IMG/VR virus record: IMGVR_UViG_2767802041_000001 | Span: 1-64,000 of that record | Length of the DNA stretch: 64,000 nucleotides | Source: a virus | Lineage: Duplodnaviria; Caudoviricetes | Direction: 5' to 3' (one strand) | Shown: in pieces, positions 37,952 to 47,469 of the stretch | Position numbering within the stretch: the first letter of the stretch is position 1 | Layout: each line of letters opens with the position of its first letter | The notes under the pieces: model-generated | Database searches by the model: none | Told to the model about the DNA's origin: nothing | What the model saw: only the letters and a program-made list of their open reading frames with translations | Translations under genes and position numbers: made by a program

Positions 37952-38889
37952 CGGGGGGCCTCCGTGGTGGTGGGGTACTCGCGGACGCGGAGGTTGGCCG
38001 GCCAGTAGGTGGGGTCGCCGCCCTTGGTGTCGCCGTGGGCTGCGACACTCTTGCCAGCCCAGTAGGTGTCGCGGGCCCATACGCTGCCGAGCTGCTTCAC
38101 GAAGGGGGCGGCGCCAGCGTGGCGGGCGTCGTCCAGGAGGTCGGTGACCCACTGGGGGTTGAGGGGGCGGGCGCCGGGGCCGGATTCGCCGCCGATGATG
38201 ACCCAGTCGGGGAGGACGGCATCGGGGCAGGGTCCGCTGCAGAAGCCGCCGGGGAAGTCGTGGGTGGGGCAGTGAATGTGGCTGCGGTTGAGGCGTACGG
38301 GCCCGAGGAGCGGTTCGCAGGACAGGAAGCGGACGGCTGCGGGGGTCTGGGCGAGGGCGGGGATGCGGAGGTCGGCGCGCTTCTGGTCTTCGACGCTGAC
38401 GCCGAGCCACACGTTGGGGAGCGGCCAAGTCCAGGCGGCTTCCGGGTTCCGGCCGAAGACGGTTTCGGCGCGGTGGCGGGCCATGTGGGCGAACAGGGGG
38501 TCGTTGAGGAGGCTGCGCATGCGGCCGTGGCGCTTGGTGAGGATCTGGTAGGTGTGCTGGGGGGTGGCGGCCATGACGCCGAAGATGAGGTGGAGGTCGG
38601 CGGTGGTGATTCCGGCGTGGAACAGGTCGGACATGCTGTTGACGAAGACCTTGCGGGGCTTCTTCCAGCGGAGGGGTTCGGTGAGGGTGTCGGGGTGGGT
38701 GGTGATGCCGAAACCGGGGCCGCTGGTGCGGGGGTCGCCGTCGTTCTGGTACTTGGCGGAGCCCATGCCCTTGAGGCGCTTGGCCATGGTGAGGGCGTAG
38801 CAGTTGTCGCAGCCGGGGCTGATGCGGTCGCAGCCGGTCGTCGCATTCCATGTGACGTCGGTCCACTCAATGCTGCTGTTTGTTCCCAT
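37948..38889 (-). CDS. Phage Gp37/Gp68 (DUF5131) family protein
   Basis: SSIEWTD.TWN..TGC..ISPGCDNCYA; FVNSMSDLFH; QILTKR; FLSCEPLLGP; WVIIGGESG; FVKQLG. Confidence 0.9.
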   Translation of the reverse strand: MGTNSSIEWTDVTWNATTGCDRISPGCDNCYALTMAKRLKGMGSAKYQNDGDPRTSGPGFGITTHPDTLTEPLRWKKPRKVFVNSMSDLFHAGITTADLHLIFGVMAATPQHTYQILTKRHGRMRSLLNDPLFAHMARHRAETVFGRNPEAAWTWPLPNVWLGVSVEDQKRADLRIPALAQTPAAVRFLSCEPLLGPVRLNRSHIHCPTHDFPGGFCSGPCPDAVLPDWVIIGGESGPGARPLNPQWVTDLLDDARHAGAAPFVKQLGSVWARDTYWAGKSVAAHGDTKGGDPTYWPANLRVREYPTTTEAPR

Positions 38890-39359
38890 CAGGCTGCCCT
38901 CCAGCGTTCGCCTCGGCGGATTCGAAGAATTGCGGTGTGGCTGATGCCGTAGTCACGGCCGACGACGCGTGCCGGGCGTGTGTCGACTCGTATGGCTCTG
39001 GCCTGTTCGGCGGTGATCCGGTGGTTGGCCTTCTGTTCACCGGTGGGTTCGGTGCCGTGTATGGCCTTGTCGCGCATGTTCTCGGTGCGCGTTCCCCAGG
39101 CAAGGTTGTCGGCGTGGTTGTGACGGGGGTTTCCGTCCAGGTGCCGGCATTCCTGTCCTTCGGGGCGTGGTCCGACAAAGGCCAGGAGTACGGCGTGGTG
39201 GACCCAAAGCTTCCGGCGGTCTCCTGTGATCACGTAGAGATGGCCTGTGCTCATCGCCATCGGGTGCATGACCTTGCCTCGGGGGCCGCGCATCTGCCCT
39301 GTTCGAGTTACCTCGTAGCCCCGGTGCCCCGGTACAGGGGTCCACTGAATGCCGGTCAT
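38889..39359 (-). CDS. NUMOD4/HNH homing-endonuclease-like protein
   Basis: W.PVPG..GYEV...G; VH..VL.AFVGPRP...CRHLDGN...N...NL.WGT..EN. Confidence 0.85.
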   Translation of the reverse strand: MTGIQWTPVPGHRGYEVTRTGQMRGPRGKVMHPMAMSTGHLYVITGDRRKLWVHHAVLLAFVGPRPEGQECRHLDGNPRHNHADNLAWGTRTENMRDKAIHGTEPTGEQKANHRITAEQARAIRVDTRPARVVGRDYGISHTAILRIRRGERWRAA

Positions 39360-39607
39360 GCTGCGGTCTCCCAGTAGGTGTCGATGGTGGTGAGGTGGCG
39401 GGTTTCGGCTTGGATTTCGCGGACGCGGGCGGCGTAGCCGAGGACGTAGTGGGTGTTGGGGTGGTGGTCGATGAGGTAGCTGAGGCGGACGGTGAGGACG
39501 GGGTGGGGTGTCCCGGTCTGGTGGTCGTCGTAGGCGTCGGCGCGGCCGGCGTAGTAGGCGGGGTCGTTGCCGTGGAGGAGGGCGGGGGGGGGGGTCATGG
39601 TGGTCAT
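39356..39607 (-). CDS. Hypothetical protein
   Basis: ORF coupled to the downstream gene. Confidence 0.55.
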   Translation of the reverse strand: MTTMTPPPALLHGNDPAYYAGRADAYDDHQTGTPHPVLTVRLSYLIDHHPNTHYVLGYAARVREIQAETRHLTTIDTYWETAA

Positions 39608-39672
39608 GGGGGGGCCTGTTCCGGGGTGGGGCCCGGGGTGTGGTGGCCCCGGGCGGGCGGCGGTCAGGTCGA

Positions 39673-39822
39673 CTAGTCGGCGTCGTAGGTGTGGGAGACG
39701 ACGGTGATGTCGCCCTTGTAGGCGGAGGCGGCGTCCTCGATCTCCTGGCGGAGGGTGTCGAGGTCCGTCTCGGTGAGGTCGACGGCGGTGACGGTGATCG
39801 TGACGGCGATGCGGGTGTCCAT
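39673..39822 (-). CDS. Small hypothetical protein
   Basis: TGATG overlap, AGGA RBS. Confidence 0.5.
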   Translation of the reverse strand: MDTRIAVTITVTAVDLTETDLDTLRQEIEDAASAYKGDITVVSHTYDAD

Positions 39823-40037
39823 CAGGCGGCGTCCTGTCCGAGGGGTGTGGTGACGGGGGTGAGGTCGCCGAGCTCGGCGCGGAGGAAGTCCTCGGATGCC
39901 CAGACGAGGCGGGAGACCTTGGTGGGGTCGAGGTGGGAGGGGACGAACAGTCGGTCGCCGTTGCTGTCGGTTCCGGCGAGGCGCCACTGCTTGCCCTCGG
40001 GGGTCTGGAACAGCTCGACGGTGGTGGTGTTGGGCAT
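39822..40037 (-). CDS. Small hypothetical protein
   Basis: GGAG RBS (MPNTTTVELF...). Confidence 0.55.
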   Translation of the reverse strand: MPNTTTVELFQTPEGKQWRLAGTDSNGDRLFVPSHLDPTKVSRLVWASEDFLRAELGDLTPVTTPLGQDAA

Positions 40038-40186
40038 GGGTGTCTCCGGGTTCGGTGGTTCTGGTGAAGGGGTCTGCACCCGGCCCCGGGAGCTACTGCG
40101 CACCCAGTAGGTGTGGTGCTCGACTCGGGGCCGGGGTTGGCCCGTTCCTGCCACGTCGCGGTTGGCAGGAACGGGGGCCGGTGGGG

Positions 40187-40531
40187 TTACTCGTCGCCGG
40201 TGCGGGGGTGCTCGTCGGCGCAGGTCTCGCACTGGACGAACTCGACGGTGCCGTCCATGTAGGTGCGGGCCTTGGCGGCGTCGAAGATTCGGTCGCAGTA
40301 GCAGCCCTGGCAGGTGCAGCGGGTGAGTTCGCCGGAGGCCGGGGGGTGGATGCCGATGAGGTGGATGACCTGGGCGTGGATGAGGGCGCTGGCGGTGAGT
40401 TCGCGGTGGTCGGCGTAGTCGTTGGCCTGGTCGAGGAGTTCGTCGACGCGGGTGGCGAGGGTGGTGGTGAGGTGGTGGGCGTGGATTTCGGAGGGCTGTG
40501 TGGGGGCGTGCGTCATCACGGCGTGGCCCAT
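40187..40531 (-). CDS. Hypothetical Cys-rich protein
   Basis: AGGAGG RBS, downstream of operator/promoter copy 4. Confidence 0.65.
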   Translation of the reverse strand: MGHAVMTHAPTQPSEIHAHHLTTTLATRVDELLDQANDYADHRELTASALIHAQVIHLIGIHPPASGELTRCTCQGCYCDRIFDAAKARTYMDGTVEFVQCETCADEHPRTGDE

Positions 40532-40590
40532 GGCGGCCTCCTGGTTGGGGTGGTGGTCCGGTGGGGTGTGTTCTCCCTTCCGGTGACACC

Positions 40591-40623
40591 ACAGTACCCA
40601 TTCTCGTATTGCTATGCAATACG
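40591..40623 (-). promoter_or_regulatory. Palindromic operator plus promoter, copy 4
   Basis: CGTATTGC-TAT-GCAATACG at 40605-40623; on the minus strand TTGCAT-17-TACTGT. Confidence 0.75.
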
Positions 40624-40708
40624 TTTCGGGTGATGGCATGAGAAAGCCCCCACCCCCCGGGGGAAAGGGGTGAGGGCTGGCCTCAAGGTGATGCCGGCGG
40701 GCGCGCGG

Positions 40709-40960
40709 TCAGGGTTCGTCGGAGCCCTTCGCGAGCACCCAGTCCCGGTGCGCCATCAAAATGTCGGAGTAGGAGACGTAGTCGCGGCGCCACCCGCCGG
40801 CCGACCGGCGTCGCACGGTGGGCAGCTCCTCGGCGGCGATCCAGCGGCGGATCGTGGACACGGACGCGGGGTGCCCGGTGCGGCCTAGGAGGTCGCTGAT
40901 CGCCTGGAGCGGCATCAGGTCGTTCGGTGCCGGAGCGGGGATGAGGTGCTCAATGGCCAT
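40709..40960 (-). CDS. Small HTH (excisionase/MerR-like) protein
   Basis: GGAG RBS; ASVSTIRRWI...L. Confidence 0.6.
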   Translation of the reverse strand: MAIEHLIPAPAPNDLMPLQAISDLLGRTGHPASVSTIRRWIAAEELPTVRRRSAGGWRRDYVSYSDILMAHRDWVLAKGSDEP

Positions 40961-41095
40961 GTCGTACTCCCGGTGAGCGGGCGGCCATCGTTCGCAGCTC
41001 CGGCGGCCGTCACGGGTGTTGGGGCCCTGGAGCCCCTGAGGGTGTGTGATGAAGGTGTTGCGTGGGGGGTACTGGTCTGACCGTCGAGGTGCCGG

Positions 41096-41638
41096 TCAGG
41101 TTGCGCTGGACTTCCGGGCGAATTGCCGGGCGATGTGGTGGTGGGCGAGCGTTGCGAGGGGCCAGGTGTTGGAGAGGCCCTTGTCGTCGACGCAGTACCG
41201 GTTGATGCAGGCGGCCCGGTTGGCGGCGGTGCTCCAGAGGAGACCCCAGCATCCGCAGGCCGGGCAGGGGTGCTGGTTCACGACGGTGGTGTCGCCGAGG
41301 TCGATGGCGTGCTCCAGGCCCTGCCGGTAGATCAGGGTTTCGCGGGCCTGCTGGTATTCGGCGTCGAGGTGGGCGGTGTGCTGCCTCGCCCAGTCGTAAA
41401 CGCGGGTGGCGTCGGCCGGGGTGGGGCCGGCGGGCCGGGTCCAGTCGGCGGCCCTGGTGTGCTCGACGACCTCGACGACCGCGGTGTGGATGCGGTCGAG
41501 GACGTCGAGGTTGAGGGGTGCGGGTGAGGTGGTGCGGGTGGCGGTGCGTCCGTCACCGGGTCCGCGGCGCTCGTGCTGGGTGAACTCCGCCTGGAGGAGC
41601 CGGAGCCTGCGTTCGGTGGTGCTGTCTTCTCCCAGCAT
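41096..41638 (-). CDS. Hypothetical protein with Zn-ribbon motif
   Basis: HPCPACGCWGL...C.N..C. Confidence 0.65.
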   Translation of the reverse strand: MLGEDSTTERRLRLLQAEFTQHERRGPGDGRTATRTTSPAPLNLDVLDRIHTAVVEVVEHTRAADWTRPAGPTPADATRVYDWARQHTAHLDAEYQQARETLIYRQGLEHAIDLGDTTVVNQHPCPACGCWGLLWSTAANRAACINRYCVDDKGLSNTWPLATLAHHHIARQFARKSSAT

Positions 41639-41856
41639 GGTGTCCCCGTCCCACTGAGCCGGCCGGGGGCGCGGGGCGTACGGTGTGGGGCCGGGGCGCG
41701 CGCCGGTGGCCGGAGGTTGTCACTCCGGGTAGTTCCGGACGCCCCATGATGCCACTGATTCGTCCCGTGTTGAACAGAACGTGCCAAGTGATCTACGGGC
41801 TGTGTGTGACTGTTGCCGACTCGTCACCAATCACCCCGCATTGCCAGTTGGCATAT

Positions 41857-42264
41857 TCACAGAGCGTCAGGGGCGTCCCGGAGTACCTGCATCATGCCGG
41901 TCAGGTGCTGGTACTCGTCCGGGCTGAGGCGCTCCTCGGCGTGGGAGCTGGTGAGCATCAGCTGGAGGAAGTCGAGGGTGGTCCGGTACACGTGGGCGGC
42001 GGCCTCGTCGGTGAGGGTCGCCTGGTGCGCGATGAACCACGCTTCAACGTCCAGGGCGAGGCGCTGCTGGGGGCTGTCCGGGGCGGCGGTGCGTTCCGGC
42101 TGCGGGGGCTGGGGGGTGCGGTGGCCGCGGCTGGTGCGGGTGGTGCGCCGGCCGAAGGGGATGACTCGGGACCCGTCGCCAACGGGGGGTGTGGCGGGGG
42201 CGGGGCCCGGGGGTCCGGGGGTGTGGTGGCCCGCGGGGCGTGCGGGCTCGACGGATGAGGGCAT
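41857..42264 (-). CDS. Hypothetical protein
   Basis: GGAG RBS before ATG 42264; helical C-terminal half. Confidence 0.5.
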   Translation of the reverse strand: MPSSVEPARPAGHHTPGPPGPAPATPPVGDGSRVIPFGRRTTRTSRGHRTPQPPQPERTAAPDSPQQRLALDVEAWFIAHQATLTDEAAAHVYRTTLDFLQLMLTSSHAEERLSPDEYQHLTGMMQVLRDAPDAL

Positions 42265-42801
42265 GGGGCGTCTCCGCTCCTCGGCATTGGGAAGGGCGGT
42301 CGCACGATCGCAGTCCGTGCGGCCTCCCCTGGCCGGCTGCCGGTGGCCGGTACCGGGGGACGTCCACTGTGACACTGATCAGGTCACATGGGTAAGCGTT
42401 GACCGGGTTTTGATACCTCTGTGATCACTTTGGGGGTAGGGTCCCGGCCATTTGTGTGGGTGGGGTGGGCATGAAAAAGCCCCCGGGGTGCGGGGGTTGG
42501 TGGGGTGGGCATGCCCATCCGGTGATGGGGATTGTAGACCGGGGGTCGCGTCAGGGGGTAGGGGTCGGTGGCGCCAGGTTGGGTTGGTGCTGGTGGGGTG
42601 TGGGGGCAGGGGCGGAGGCGCTGCGATACCCGGGGTGGGGAGTCGCCTCTGCCCCTGCTGCCGGACGCGTCAGGGCGTGCGGCATTCCCAGCCAAGGGCT
42701 TGGGGATGGTCGAGGGAAGGGGCTGGTCACAGGGTCACTCGTACGTGTGACCGATAAACCCCGGCAAGGTGCCGGAATGCGGCCGAAACCGGCCCCACGC
42801 A

Positions 42802-42848
42802 CACTGCGGCCCCACCCCGCTGCTGCTCGGTGGGGTGGGGCCGCAGTG
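42802..42848 (-). terminator. Strong hairpin directly after parB
   Basis: CACTGCGGCCCCACCCCGC...GTGGGGTGGGGCCGCAGTG. Confidence 0.75.
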
Positions 42849-42853
42849 GTAGG

Positions 42854-44029
42854 TCAGGCGGACTGGCTCGAGGGCTCGACGCCTACGGCTTCGAGGAGTC
42901 GCTCGGTCAGGCAGTGCAGCGCCGCTTCGGGGAGTTCGGCGATGACGATGTTCGCGAGCTGCTCCCAGTCGTGCGTCGGCAACTGCCGGACGGGGATCGG
43001 CGGCTCCGCTGCCGGGGGCTTTCCAGTCCCTTGGGGCTCAACCTGGTCCGCTCCGGAGAGAGTGGTGCTGGTGAGACCCCGCGAGTGACCCCAGGGTGTG
43101 GTTGCGGATGCCTGGCCCTGGTCGCGGGGCTCGGGCACCCCGGCAGGGTGGGTTCCGGTGAGTGCGGCCGTTGCCTCGGGCAGCGCTGGGGCCCGGGCGG
43201 GTGTCTCCCTGGGTGTGGCAGGTTCTGGTGCCGGTTTTACGGCCGTAAAAACTGGCTCGGACGGTGCAGCCTGACCGCCTGCCGGTTGGGATCGTCGGGC
43301 CGCTCTGGTGGCCTTCCTCTGCGCGGCTTTCGCTGCGCGGTCCTTCTGCTCCTGCTCCCACCACTGGAACTGGGCGTCGACGTCCCACTGGTGGTCTTTC
43401 ACGAGCTTGCCGAGCTTCCGGGCCGGCTCCAACGGCATCTGCTGGTGCCGAACAAGTTCCTGGACCTCGGGGGCCAGGCGAAGAAGTACGCGCCGCTGCG
43501 ATACCCAGCCGTCGGCGCGTTCGTAGTGCTCGGCAACGGACCGGGCAGTACCGAACGCTTCCACGAGGACCTCGACGGCGTTTGCTTCCTCGATGGCGTC
43601 GAAGTTCTGCCGGTCGATGTTCTCCGAGACGACTGCGTCGAGGAACGTCTTGCGGGATTCGGCGTAGCCGTCGTTGATGACGCACTCAAGCGCGGGGAGC
43701 TCTACGGCGGTGGCTGCTCGGTAGCGGCGTTCGCCGCTGACGATGACGAAGTCGACGTTGCCGATCTGGCCTTTGTGCTCGGGCCACAGCTCAAGGTAGG
43801 CGCGGCGCGTGACGACAGGGACAGCTTGGATCTGGCGCCGTTTGAGGCTGCGCCCGAAGTCCTCGAGCTGCTCCGTGGTCCCGAAGTCGCTCCGCGGGTT
43901 GACGAGGTTGGGGGCGATGCGGCCGAGGGGAACGCGGAGGAGCCGGCCGTCGGCCCGGGTGTCAACGACTTGGTCGGGCGCGTCGTCGTCCTCAAGAAAG
44001 TCGTCGAACTCGTTCGGGTTCATCGCCAT
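42854..44029 (-). CDS. parB: ParB-family partition protein
   Basis: NPR..F, IVSGERRYRAA, ENIDRQN..AIEEA, HTH; follows parA. Confidence 0.9.
   Translation of the reverse strand: MAMNPNEFDDFLEDDDAPDQVVDTRADGRLLRVPLGRIAPNLVNPRSDFGTTEQLEDFGRSLKRRQIQAVPVVTRRAYLELWPEHKGQIGNVDFVIVSGERRYRAATAVELPALECVINDGYAESRKTFLDAVVSENIDRQNFDAIEEANAVEVLVEAFGTARSVAEHYERADGWVSQRRVLLRLAPEVQELVRHQQMPLEPARKLGKLVKDHQWDVDAQFQWWEQEQKDRAAKAAQRKATRAARRSQPAGGQAAPSEPVFTAVKPAPEPATPRETPARAPALPEATAALTGTHPAGVPEPRDQGQASATTPWGHSRGLTSTTLSGADQVEPQGTGKPPAAEPPIPVRQLPTHDWEQLANIVIAELPEAALHCLTERLLEAVGVEPSSQSA
43235..43250. promoter_or_regulatory. Candidate parS palindrome (inside parB)
   Basis: Perfect 16-bp palindrome TTTTACGGCCGTAAAA, identical to 44860-44875. 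Confidence 0.7.
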
Positions 44030-44757
44030 CACAGGGCCGCCTGCTTCTGGCGGCGGATCTGGTGCTCCAGGGCGAGGGCCACGAAGTCCTGCTTGGCCTT
44101 GGTGGCGGTGTGGTTCGACTCGTACTGGGTGCAGAAGCGCCCGTTGGTGATGCCGCGGGTGTGGGGCTTGTAGTGGCGGAGCGTGGTGTTGTAGAGGTTC
44201 CAGCCGCGCTTCTTGACCATGCTGATGGTGCGGTCGCGGTCGATCTCTCCGTCGCGGGGGTCCCAGTTGTTGACGACGACGCCGTAGGGGATCTGCCGGG
44301 GCATGAGGACGCGTTCGATGGTGGTGCGGGTAGGTCGGAACGCGGACCCTTCGGCTTCGAGGGGGACAATGACGTCGTCGGCTACGTCGAGTACGGCGCG
44401 GAGGGCGTCTCCGACGGTGCCGTCGCCAAGGGGGTCGATCGACTCGTCGTCGTCGTCTTCCTCGTTGAGGGGCATGAAGCCGGGGGTGTCGACGATGACG
44501 AAGTCGGCCTTGGCACGGCGGAGCTTGCGGAGCTGCTCGACGTTGCGGCTGGCGTTGACGACGCGGAAGGGGACTTCGCGCCCCTGCTTCCGGACTTCCT
44601 CGGCGTGCTCGACGCTGGTGGCCTGGGGGTCTATCGACACGACGGCAACGGACTGGTCTTCGCCGACGATCTCCGCAAGGACGGCGGCCAGGTTGACGGT
44701 GATGAGCGACTTGCCCACCCCGCCCTTCCTGTTCAAGAGCACGGTGATGTAGGGCAT
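44029..44757 (-). CDS. parA: ParA-family ATPase
   Basis: Deviant Walker A NRKGGVGKS, IDPQA, IVDTPG. Confidence 0.92.
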   Translation of the reverse strand: MPYITVLLNRKGGVGKSLITVNLAAVLAEIVGEDQSVAVVSIDPQATSVEHAEEVRKQGREVPFRVVNASRNVEQLRKLRRAKADFVIVDTPGFMPLNEEDDDDESIDPLGDGTVGDALRAVLDVADDVIVPLEAEGSAFRPTRTTIERVLMPRQIPYGVVVNNWDPRDGEIDRDRTISMVKKRGWNLYNTTLRHYKPHTRGITNGRFCTQYESNHTATKAKQDFVALALEHQIRRQKQAAL

Positions 44758-44859
44758 GTTCTTCTCCGAATACTTCCCGATGTTCCGGTACTCCGGGGAC
44801 TGGGGGCAGTCTGTCAGACCGGGCGGGTGTCTTCGGAGAGGGCTCTTGGGTGGGCGGGT

Positions 44860-44875
44860 TTTTACGGCCGTAAAA
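44860..44875. promoter_or_regulatory. Candidate parS palindrome (upstream of parA)
   Basis: TTTTACGGCCGTAAAA. Confidence 0.7.
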
Positions 44876-44876
44876 C

Positions 44877-45641
44877 TCAGGCGACGTCGAAGACCTGCCG
44901 TACGGGCGCGGTCGTGCCGCCGGTGTGCTTGTAGGCGATGGCGGCTTGGCGGGCGCGTTCGGAGTCGGACAGCTGCGGGCCGACTGCTTTCTCCGCGGCG
45001 GCGACCGCGTCGGTGAACGCAGCCTCGGGTTCGCGGGCCATCGCCTGGTTCTGGCGCTCGATCGCCGCGGCGGCCAGGGGGTTGGTGGCGGGGCGTTCGG
45101 CTCGGCGGATCGCGGCGATGGCTTCCTTGTACCCGTCGCAGGCCGTGTCCCGGGTGCGAACGGGTCGTTCCACCGTGGGCCGGTCGGGAGCGCTGGTCGC
45201 CTGTGCGGGCTGCGCGGTGATGGGCCCGGGCGGCAGGACACGGACGCTGCGTACGAGGTCCCGCCCGGCCTTGTCGTTGATCTGCTTGCACAGTTGCCCG
45301 CCGAGGAGGCGGAGCTGGGTGGCGTAGGCGGGTGAGGCGGGGCGGAGGTCGAGGCGCCCGGCCTGGGGGTCGTAGTGGACGGGTTCGATGTGGCCGACGT
45401 ACTGGGGGCACAGGTTCGGCCACTGCTCGAGAATGTTGCCGCCGCCCATGCCGCCTTGCCAGCCGAGTTCGGTGGTGAGGTGGCCGAGGACGTTGCCGAG
45501 GCCAGCAGGGTCGCGTCGTTCACCGCGGATGGGCCGTGCGGTACGGAGGCGGGGTTTGGTGGTGGGGCGGGTCTTCGCGGCGGCGCGGGCGGCTTGGAGG
45601 GCGATGCGGGCCAGGTCGGCACCGGACGCTTCGGCGGTCAC
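44877..45641 (-). CDS. DciA/DUF721-like protein
   Basis: DLAR.AL.AARAAA...RDP..LG..L..L....GW...W...SPAYATQLRLL...L...IN...G, as in actinobacterial DciA. Confidence 0.75.
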   Translation of the reverse strand: MTAEASGADLARIALQAARAAAKTRPTTKPRLRTARPIRGERRDPAGLGNVLGHLTTELGWQGGMGGGNILEQWPNLCPQYVGHIEPVHYDPQAGRLDLRPASPAYATQLRLLGGQLCKQINDKAGRDLVRSVRVLPPGPITAQPAQATSAPDRPTVERPVRTRDTACDGYKEAIAAIRRAERPATNPLAAAAIERQNQAMAREPEAAFTDAVAAAEKAVGPQLSDSERARQAAIAYKHTGGTTAPVRQVFDVA

Positions 45642-46021
45642 GGCTGTACCTCCGGAGTGGCGAAGTAGCTCTCGTGGACCGCCCACACGGCGTCTGTGCG
45701 CATGGCCATCTCGCCGTCGCGGAGTTCATCAGCCAGTAGGCCGGCCAGCTCTCCCGGCTCCAGCAGCGGTTCGTCTTCGGCGGCAAACGCGGCGTTCAGA
45801 CGGTCGCGGATGCGGTCGAAGGTCAGCTTCTGCACGTGCCCGTCCGGTCGGATCACATTCAGGTAGCCAACAGCGCAGGCCTGCTCGAACGCGGCGAGAG
45901 CTTCCGGAAGGCTGGCCAGCTTCAACTCCGGCGTGCGGGTGCTGCGGGCGGCGCGGGCCTTGGCGAGGCGCTGGGCCCTGGCGGCCTTGGTGCTGGTGTT
46001 GCGCTTCTTCTTGCTGCTCAT
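45638..46021 (-). CDS. Hypothetical protein
   Basis: GGAG RBS; basic N-terminus. Confidence 0.65.
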   Translation of the reverse strand: MSSKKKRNTSTKAARAQRLAKARAARSTRTPELKLASLPEALAAFEQACAVGYLNVIRPDGHVQKLTFDRIRDRLNAAFAAEDEPLLEPGELAGLLADELRDGEMAMRTDAVWAVHESYFATPEVQP

Positions 46022-46033
46022 GGTGGTCTCCGG

Positions 46034-47440
46034 TCAGAAGGCGGGGGTGGGTTCGGTGGTGGTGAGGCGCAGCAGGACGAGGGCCTGGTCGACGAGCCGG
46101 TTGGTGAGGAGGCGGCGGGCGTCGCGGTTGCCGAGGGCCTCGAGGAGGTTCCGGACGTAGGTCGGGTCCTGGGCGGCGTACTGCCGGTGCTCAAGGACCT
46201 CAGCGCGGGTGAGGGCGTCGATGTTGGTGTCGCCCTCGGGGTGCTCGGTGGCGCCGGCCAGGTCGGCAGCGGACACGGCCTGGGTCTGGCGGGCTGCCTG
46301 GATGGTGTCCATGGCGGCAGCAGCAGTGTCGGTGTACTGCTCGGCAGCGGCAGCGCCGGGGCCGTCCCAGCCCTGATGGCGAATGCGCTCGCGGAGGCGG
46401 GAGTCCTCCCACGCGGTGAGCATCAGGTGCCGGGCCTTGGTGGAGGCGTACAGCTTGTGGGCGCCCTTGAGGCGGTAGGCGAGCAGCCCGGAGGGGCGGC
46501 GGGAGTCCCTGGCATCGATGGGCCCCTGCTCTTCGGCGGCGGCCTGGACTTCCTGCCACTGCCATCCGGCGTCGGCGCAGTGCCGTGCGATCCACGCGAT
46601 GCGGGGTGCGGAGGCGCGGGAGAGCCAGGGCACGTTGTCAATGAGCTGTCGGGCTAGCTGGTGGCGGCGGCCGACCTTGTTGAGCTTCTGCGGCCCGCGG
46701 TTGGTCTTCTTCGGGGTGGGGTGACTGCTGGTCCCGCTGGCGAGCTTTGTCTCAGAGGGGGGGATAGAACCACCCGCAGAAGAAGTCCCGGTAGAACCAC
46801 CCTCCATTAGGGTGCAACGGCCCTGCCCGGAAACAGGGGTGCGGCGGCGGGGGCGACGCACCTTCCGGGCGGCCTTGCGGGCGAGCTTCCCGAGGGCCTT
46901 GCGGGCGGCGTCGGCGGCACCGACGGGGCGGCGTTGCACTCCTTCGCCGACGACACGAATGCCGTGCGCTTCGTCGAACGCGAGGGGGATGGTGCGCTCG
47001 TACACGGAGGCTTCGTCGCGGCCTTGGGCGACGCGGCCGCCCTTGGTGCGGTAGACGAGGAGTCCGGCTTCGCGGAGCATCCCGAGGTGGTATTCGACGG
47101 TCCGCTCGGAGATGCGGAGCTTCCGCGCGAGGTAGGCGATGCCGGGCCGGCACTCCTTGAGGTTGGCGCATTCCTGGGCGATGAGGAGGGTGGTGGCGTT
47201 CATGCCCCGGGGCCCGTGGCTGCTGGTGGGGGTGTAGCGCTTCGCCTTGGGGTCGGCGGCCCAGTGGATGGCGGTCATCCAGGTGTGGCCGTCGAAGGCG
47301 ATGCGTCCGGTGGTGGTGCTGATCCACTGGCACGCAGGGGCGATCGGGGGGCACTGGGTGCCCTGTTTGGGTGCAGACTTTTGCCGCGAATCGCCCATGC
47401 GGGCGTGCGGAAGCTGACAAGCGGTGTTCGGGTACGGCAC
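46034..47440 (-). CDS. Putative plasmid replication initiator (RepA-like, wHTH)
   Basis: CRPGIAYLARKLRISERTVEYHLGMLREAGLL HTH; upstream of dciA-parA-parB. Confidence 0.65.
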   Translation of the reverse strand: MPYPNTACQLPHARMGDSRQKSAPKQGTQCPPIAPACQWISTTTGRIAFDGHTWMTAIHWAADPKAKRYTPTSSHGPRGMNATTLLIAQECANLKECRPGIAYLARKLRISERTVEYHLGMLREAGLLVYRTKGGRVAQGRDEASVYERTIPLAFDEAHGIRVVGEGVQRRPVGAADAARKALGKLARKAARKVRRPRRRTPVSGQGRCTLMEGGSTGTSSAGGSIPPSETKLASGTSSHPTPKKTNRGPQKLNKVGRRHQLARQLIDNVPWLSRASAPRIAWIARHCADAGWQWQEVQAAAEEQGPIDARDSRRPSGLLAYRLKGAHKLYASTKARHLMLTAWEDSRLRERIRHQGWDGPGAAAAEQYTDTAAAAMDTIQAARQTQAVSAADLAGATEHPEGDTNIDALTRAEVLEHRQYAAQDPTYVRNLLEALGNRDARRLLTNRLVDQALVLLRLTTTEPTPAF

Positions 47441-47469
47441 TATGGACCTCGTTCCGTTCTGCGGACACG

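Noticed and set aside
42854-45622. 922-aa ParB and 464-aa ParA as given in the ORF track
   Set aside because: The N-terminal extensions overlap parA and dciA in other frames; the real starts are about 44029 and 44757.
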